NCBI GenBank assembly: GCA_015233115.1
Contig: JADFYJ010000004.1
Span: 1-62,830 of the forward strand
Direction of reading: 5' to 3'
DNA length: 62,830 nt
Origin: Candidatus Omnitrophota bacterium
GTDB taxonomy: Bacteria; Omnitrophota; Gorgyraeia; Zapsychrales; Zapsychraceae
How positions within the stretch are numbered: the stretch's first letter is position 1; every line of letters starts with the position of its first letter. Of the stretch, positions 61,101 to 62,830 are shown in pieces. Both the position numbers and the translations under genes were made by a program. The notes under the pieces are model-generated. The model made no database searches and was not told where the DNA came from. It saw only the letters and a list, made by a program, of their open reading frames with translations.

Positions 61101-62830
61101 GGCGAACTTCTATATCATTTTGCGGTTCCTCATGGTGAAGCAGGAGATCCGTTAACTTACTTTAAAAATTTAGGTTTAGACGCCCAAAAAGAATATATCG
61201 CGCGGACAAAAAATTCATCTGAACTGATGAGGATAGCTGTTTTTTCTTCGTCATTGAGGGGCAAGGCCCTGGAGCGTTTAATGAAAACTCCAGCTGACCG
61301 CATATTGGTATTACAAGCTTATGCGGATTCAAAAGATGATGAACTTTGTAAATTAATTGAACAAAACCGCAATTGGCGGGATGTTATAAAAGCAGATATA
61401 GAAAAATTAGCTAGCCCGGTAGTTACGGATATAATACGACGATCAATGGAAAAAATGTATGGCAGGATTCATGAAGATTGGCCTTTAAATTTGCGTTTAG
61501 CAACGTTTACCTATCCCGAAATACATGCCTTGACGGATCCTCGCGGTGAAAGCCTGCGACAAGACCGGGCGAATCAAATGGCTACCATGATGGCATTAGA
61601 CTTGATTGGAGAACGTCAGGACCATCAATTATTACCTTGGGTCAGATGGTTTGGACAATTGTCAGCCAAAGAGGTGAGAGTGATCGAAGAAGTAAGAAAG
61701 ATAATTAAATTGTCCGATGATCCACAGAATGCCGGCCGTTATTTGGAAAGTCAAAGTCAAAGTGCGGATCAGGACATCAGAAAAATAACCGGAAAAATTA
61801 TCAACCAGCGAGATAAATTGGCTCAAAGGATCGTCAACAATGATCAGAGGCTGCCTAGGGTGCCTTGGTGGACAGGGATGGTGGTGGGGACTTTGGCTGT
61901 GGGAACATTCGGGTTTTTCGGATGGAAAAATATCCGCCGCTCACAAATTAAACACGCCAAAACTAAAAATAAAATTATAGAATTAAGGAATGAATTACTA
62001 CCGGAAGGCCCTTTAAAATATGGGGCGGTTGATGAAAAATGCGGCATCAACTTAAAAAATTGGGAAGAAATTGTGGCGCAATGGGGAGGGCCAATATCGC
62101 TTCCTCCTCGGGAATTTGTTCATAGTCTCAATACGGTTATGGTTCTGGCCGAGGAAATTCTTCGTTGGAATCCCTATACGGAAAAATTGATGTGGGACGA
62201 GGAAGATCTTGATGGGCATGTCCCCAATGAAAAATATGATAAAATTTATAAATATTTTATTTGGCTTGCCGTTAAGACTAAAGACAACATGAATTTGCAG
62301 TTGGTCAATAATAATTTTGACGGGTATCAGAAGAAAGAAATACAAAACGCCATTGATAAATTAACGTGTATGATTGAACACGCGAGGAAATTCGCGGTCA
62401 TTTTAGAAGCCCGTTGGATTTTTGATAATGATGCAAGTTATAAATTCCGTGAAGGCGACATTCAAGAAAAAATTTATTGGCTGCCTCGAAAAATTCTTGG
62501 GTATAGTTATAAATGGACCAAAGCCAAAGAAATATTGAATAGAGAGGTTCCGCTATTATTGGATCAGGGAGAGAGTTTAATGCCCGGGCTTTATGGCGAT
62601 AAACGCCCTAAAATTATTGAAGATAGCGAGCTTTTATTAGAGAAAGTTATTCGCGAAGCAAAGAAATTTGTTTCTTTTGGTTCAAAAACCATGCAGGAAG
62701 CACCTAAGAAACGCAGATTTCGCAGCCGTGCTTTGACGATTTTAGGTTTTTCTTTACCATTCATTGGCGCTATAGCGGGTTCTTTTTTTGGTGTTCCTTT
62801 AGTCATTTCTTTCAGTATTCTATCTCTGCC
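55128..62830 (+). CDS. Giant multidomain envelope protein, 3-prime partial (at least 2,567 codons; continues beyond the window)
   Basis: Uninterrupted frame from ATG 55128 (upstream in-frame TAA at 55047) to the last base. The frame was verified at five checkpoints. Signal-like N-terminus, Pro/Thr linker, MFP-like lipoyl/hairpin module, TolC-like repeats, helical repeats and TM helices. Only short alternative-frame ORFs are listed here in the track. Confidence 0.8.
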   Translation, partial: MNLYRCLISTVSWRPAFVRRGLVVCNKLFRGRDLTPFMRVLCCFVLMAYATNIIGADLIGLQSANAQTTLVIPQVALLSPSVSFSLPTLKGIALDAADPFKMNFIVEAGNNSLVQQDQIKQLTQYFLTFLTIPEKDLWVNLSPHESNRIITADLESTSVGRDMLVQDYILKQLAASLTYPDQDTGEKFWEQVSEKIKKKYGDINIPGNTFSKVWVVPEKAVVYEEKGSAFIGESRLKVMLKEEDTAQINQLYSGIAREVIIPELEREVNEGRHFAQLRQMFNSLILAVWFKRHLEKNIVNVVYSDQKKISGIELDEKKIGEKVYAQYMNAIKKGVYNIVREDYDPNTQKIIPKKYYSGGFSFGNSEQWEQVEPSSSFKGRLYSLFHKWGKSLYRFTVSLIPKGISKKSLLTAVIAAGLMAASMSIQAKAVETGTRFSNLPNSAHVVKADHVSFSERFAQFKAEHGEDIQKASENLDQNYVRHLEQGDYDVVTDNGVQETELKANLETLGESWNKVKSDATEVVALQEFLGVKADGKIGSLQTDPRLKQAAEEVRNAPTAEASESRVIPALENIANVHQTVQEQIPTPEITSTPTAMPTPEVKQAPRVAPAPQITRAPQVTLAPIFTPVPKVAQVTNVLPTSVPTPVDTVTTISQISKQTNIVGSPCTSPECKPDRDSTVLPFAFNQPYVFFGGVHAILDDGIIKSPAGGIIRGLDGRKTYYNNGSRVLLIVPEKMDKEREALLQQKIVEERRLNDLKQLRVSGSATDAEINPVQTRINELEQKLAQMDQEIFAIDAPCALGVNGEILVSEGMTIRKGTEVFKYLNHERIRITLKENLPSNITYLGNMKLRINTEPVKNIDEVRLQPNPEKNGTIASFVVIPASPISAGEVQMHLEILPPNISDNNFASVQEQYRGLSSIHHLTERRVPVSADGTAKRFVNPGDSVKAGQVIGRIELEKYQEQLKTAISTYNSIQKDLNLASQDAIGIVHITRDKSADLEAKKASVLGEIKAFQTQISRLTIVSPINGIVSDVSWASSFKEGDEFVRIKTGEAIVGDMDKGSSWVILPKSLNLKEGDPVLFETLSGQRLPGKIMTAPDQTPQSIEMNLGNDVQAVQITIYDEDLINNGKSSLGENLPGSIIVPAENDKEKIKSALKRIDEKIQENDRQYNESLKRQQPEALVYWEDSAHSETPVNQPAITHSTLVPQGQRVTVEDVAKGVGGNFLQIGDLTLEVLQKQSAEKLPDAVSVALQGNIIFQNGKLTYSGGLNAVYQGVTAGISTGNAYAAALPIIYQVEGNLVSLISGQKVKEKELALLRTEIAQHHMEKEVASLINKATALLIDIGREEQQINILKDLVSDLEKALGVSTAREAGGFSSSANTNAIRQQIENTHSQILELEKNNRQSAIELNNMIGSGLKTEISPVLHWDGQFPVLGADLEQKWQDWLMSDHSANYTLREAQALLRAILKTCELQRQGDLPSADLLALYLSGSASNPQQNIVSGEMLKVPSAGGNTVFGVRIPIPKLPFFTTKEQINEQIISQEEQRARLHLDSIKQELQKQFVETISELRDLSRQIIDAQSAYQTAYESWRQKAIRTEGMGASGESIYTQDALYNERVHIAQMLQKGVDLKAQYLKAEEKIREMGLLKPDQTIVKPSAGKSGLETVPSRSYQNKEKLLAMPSSPNRLSSGGKNHGPSEFLSAGVVILPADHEYWLTVMAQTAPGADDSRYNAIEQILMSQPDIRMRNQALDSFLEFQNDSTFANEVAKIVLKSPYPDVTQKLLLFMVDREDHDVRFFMSVINQSIKDKKFVLANLGFQIMSDMLTQDATIFDKLSELNIHNRSTVSRPISVEDSRKIWLNFMSRLPDDSLAKMRLLQGNYWNDDQLANIYNTLKLSQEPQAESLAKLIDAEILRRQKLQNIVEVFRLGPFQSPESIDVTPHYLYQKFAEENRAFLSTSPQWNEPGDWTFTDLNRRAKTARDNLISGNPAPESSGELLYHFAVPHGEAGDPLTYFKNLGLDAQKEYIARTKNSSELMRIAVFSSSLRGKALERLMKTPADRILVLQAYADSKDDELCKLIEQNRNWRDVIKADIEKLASPVVTDIIRRSMEKMYGRIHEDWPLNLRLATFTYPEIHALTDPRGESLRQDRANQMATMMALDLIGERQDHQLLPWVRWFGQLSAKEVRVIEEVRKIIKLSDDPQNAGRYLESQSQSADQDIRKITGKIINQRDKLAQRIVNNDQRLPRVPWWTGMVVGTLAVGTFGFFGWKNIRRSQIKHAKTKNKIIELRNELLPEGPLKYGAVDEKCGINLKNWEEIVAQWGGPISLPPREFVHSLNTVMVLAEEILRWNPYTEKLMWDEEDLDGHVPNEKYDKIYKYFIWLAVKTKDNMNLQLVNNNFDGYQKKEIQNAIDKLTCMIEHARKFAVILEARWIFDNDASYKFREGDIQEKIYWLPRKILGYSYKWTKAKEILNREVPLLLDQGESLMPGLYGDKRPKIIEDSELLLEKVIREAKKFVSFGSKTMQEAPKKRRFRSRALTILGFSLPFIGAIAGSFFGVPLVISFSILSL

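Overview
This 62.8-kb window is low-GC bacterial chromosome (visually about 40% GC). It probably comes from an uncultivated anaerobic diderm; an Omnitrophota-like candidate phylum is only a guess. Every credible gene lies on the + strand.

Gene blocks in order:
1. A toxin-antitoxin-rich edge: BrnT/BrnA, a decayed HigA, and an AbrB/RelE-like pair.
2. An intact sensor histidine kinase and a decayed paralogue that share a palindromic leader. They flank a lipoprotein and a PEP-CTERM protein.
3. A type IV pilus / T2SS-like module: secretin, three membrane assembly proteins, PilB/GspE ATPase, PilC/GspF platform and three prepilins. It runs 84 bp into a Trb/VirB-type type IV secretion module: trbC-D-E-J-L-F-G-I-B plus a TraF peptidase, interrupted by two ORF6N genes. 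No coupling protein, relaxase, integrase, prepilin peptidase or PilT lies in the window.
4. amtB-glnK behind a long structured leader.
5. A [FeFe]-hydrogenase maturation set (TM1266-like regulator, aspartase homologue, hydF, hydG, hydE) without hydA.
6. A heat-shock locus: MerR/HspR-like regulator, Hsp20, ClpB and a signal-peptide Hsp20.
7. An oxygen-detoxification island: rubredoxin (missing from the ORF track), flavodiiron protein, PNPOx-like protein, FNR-like reductase, rubrerythrin, superoxide reductase and ferritin.
8. glgC.
9. A Pho regulon: phoB-phoR, an inserted AbiEii/AbiEi pair, a porin, and pstSCAB-phoU.
10. An open-ended giant ORF of at least 2,567 codons (55128 to the window end). 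The supplied ORF track does not list it.

The intergenic space holds several repeat families:
- a GGGCGATCNCCTGATCGCCC palindromic REP-like element, 9 copies;
- long inverted elements built from short word repeats;
- a roughly 50-nt motif present four times (amtB leader, hydF leader, twice in tandem before pstS), with compensatory base changes suggesting a structured RNA.

Most interesting candidates: the giant envelope-protein gene with fused MFP-like and TolC-like modules, the back-to-back T4P-T4SS supercluster, and the recurring RNA motif. All protein calls rest on motif recognition by eye; no database search was run.
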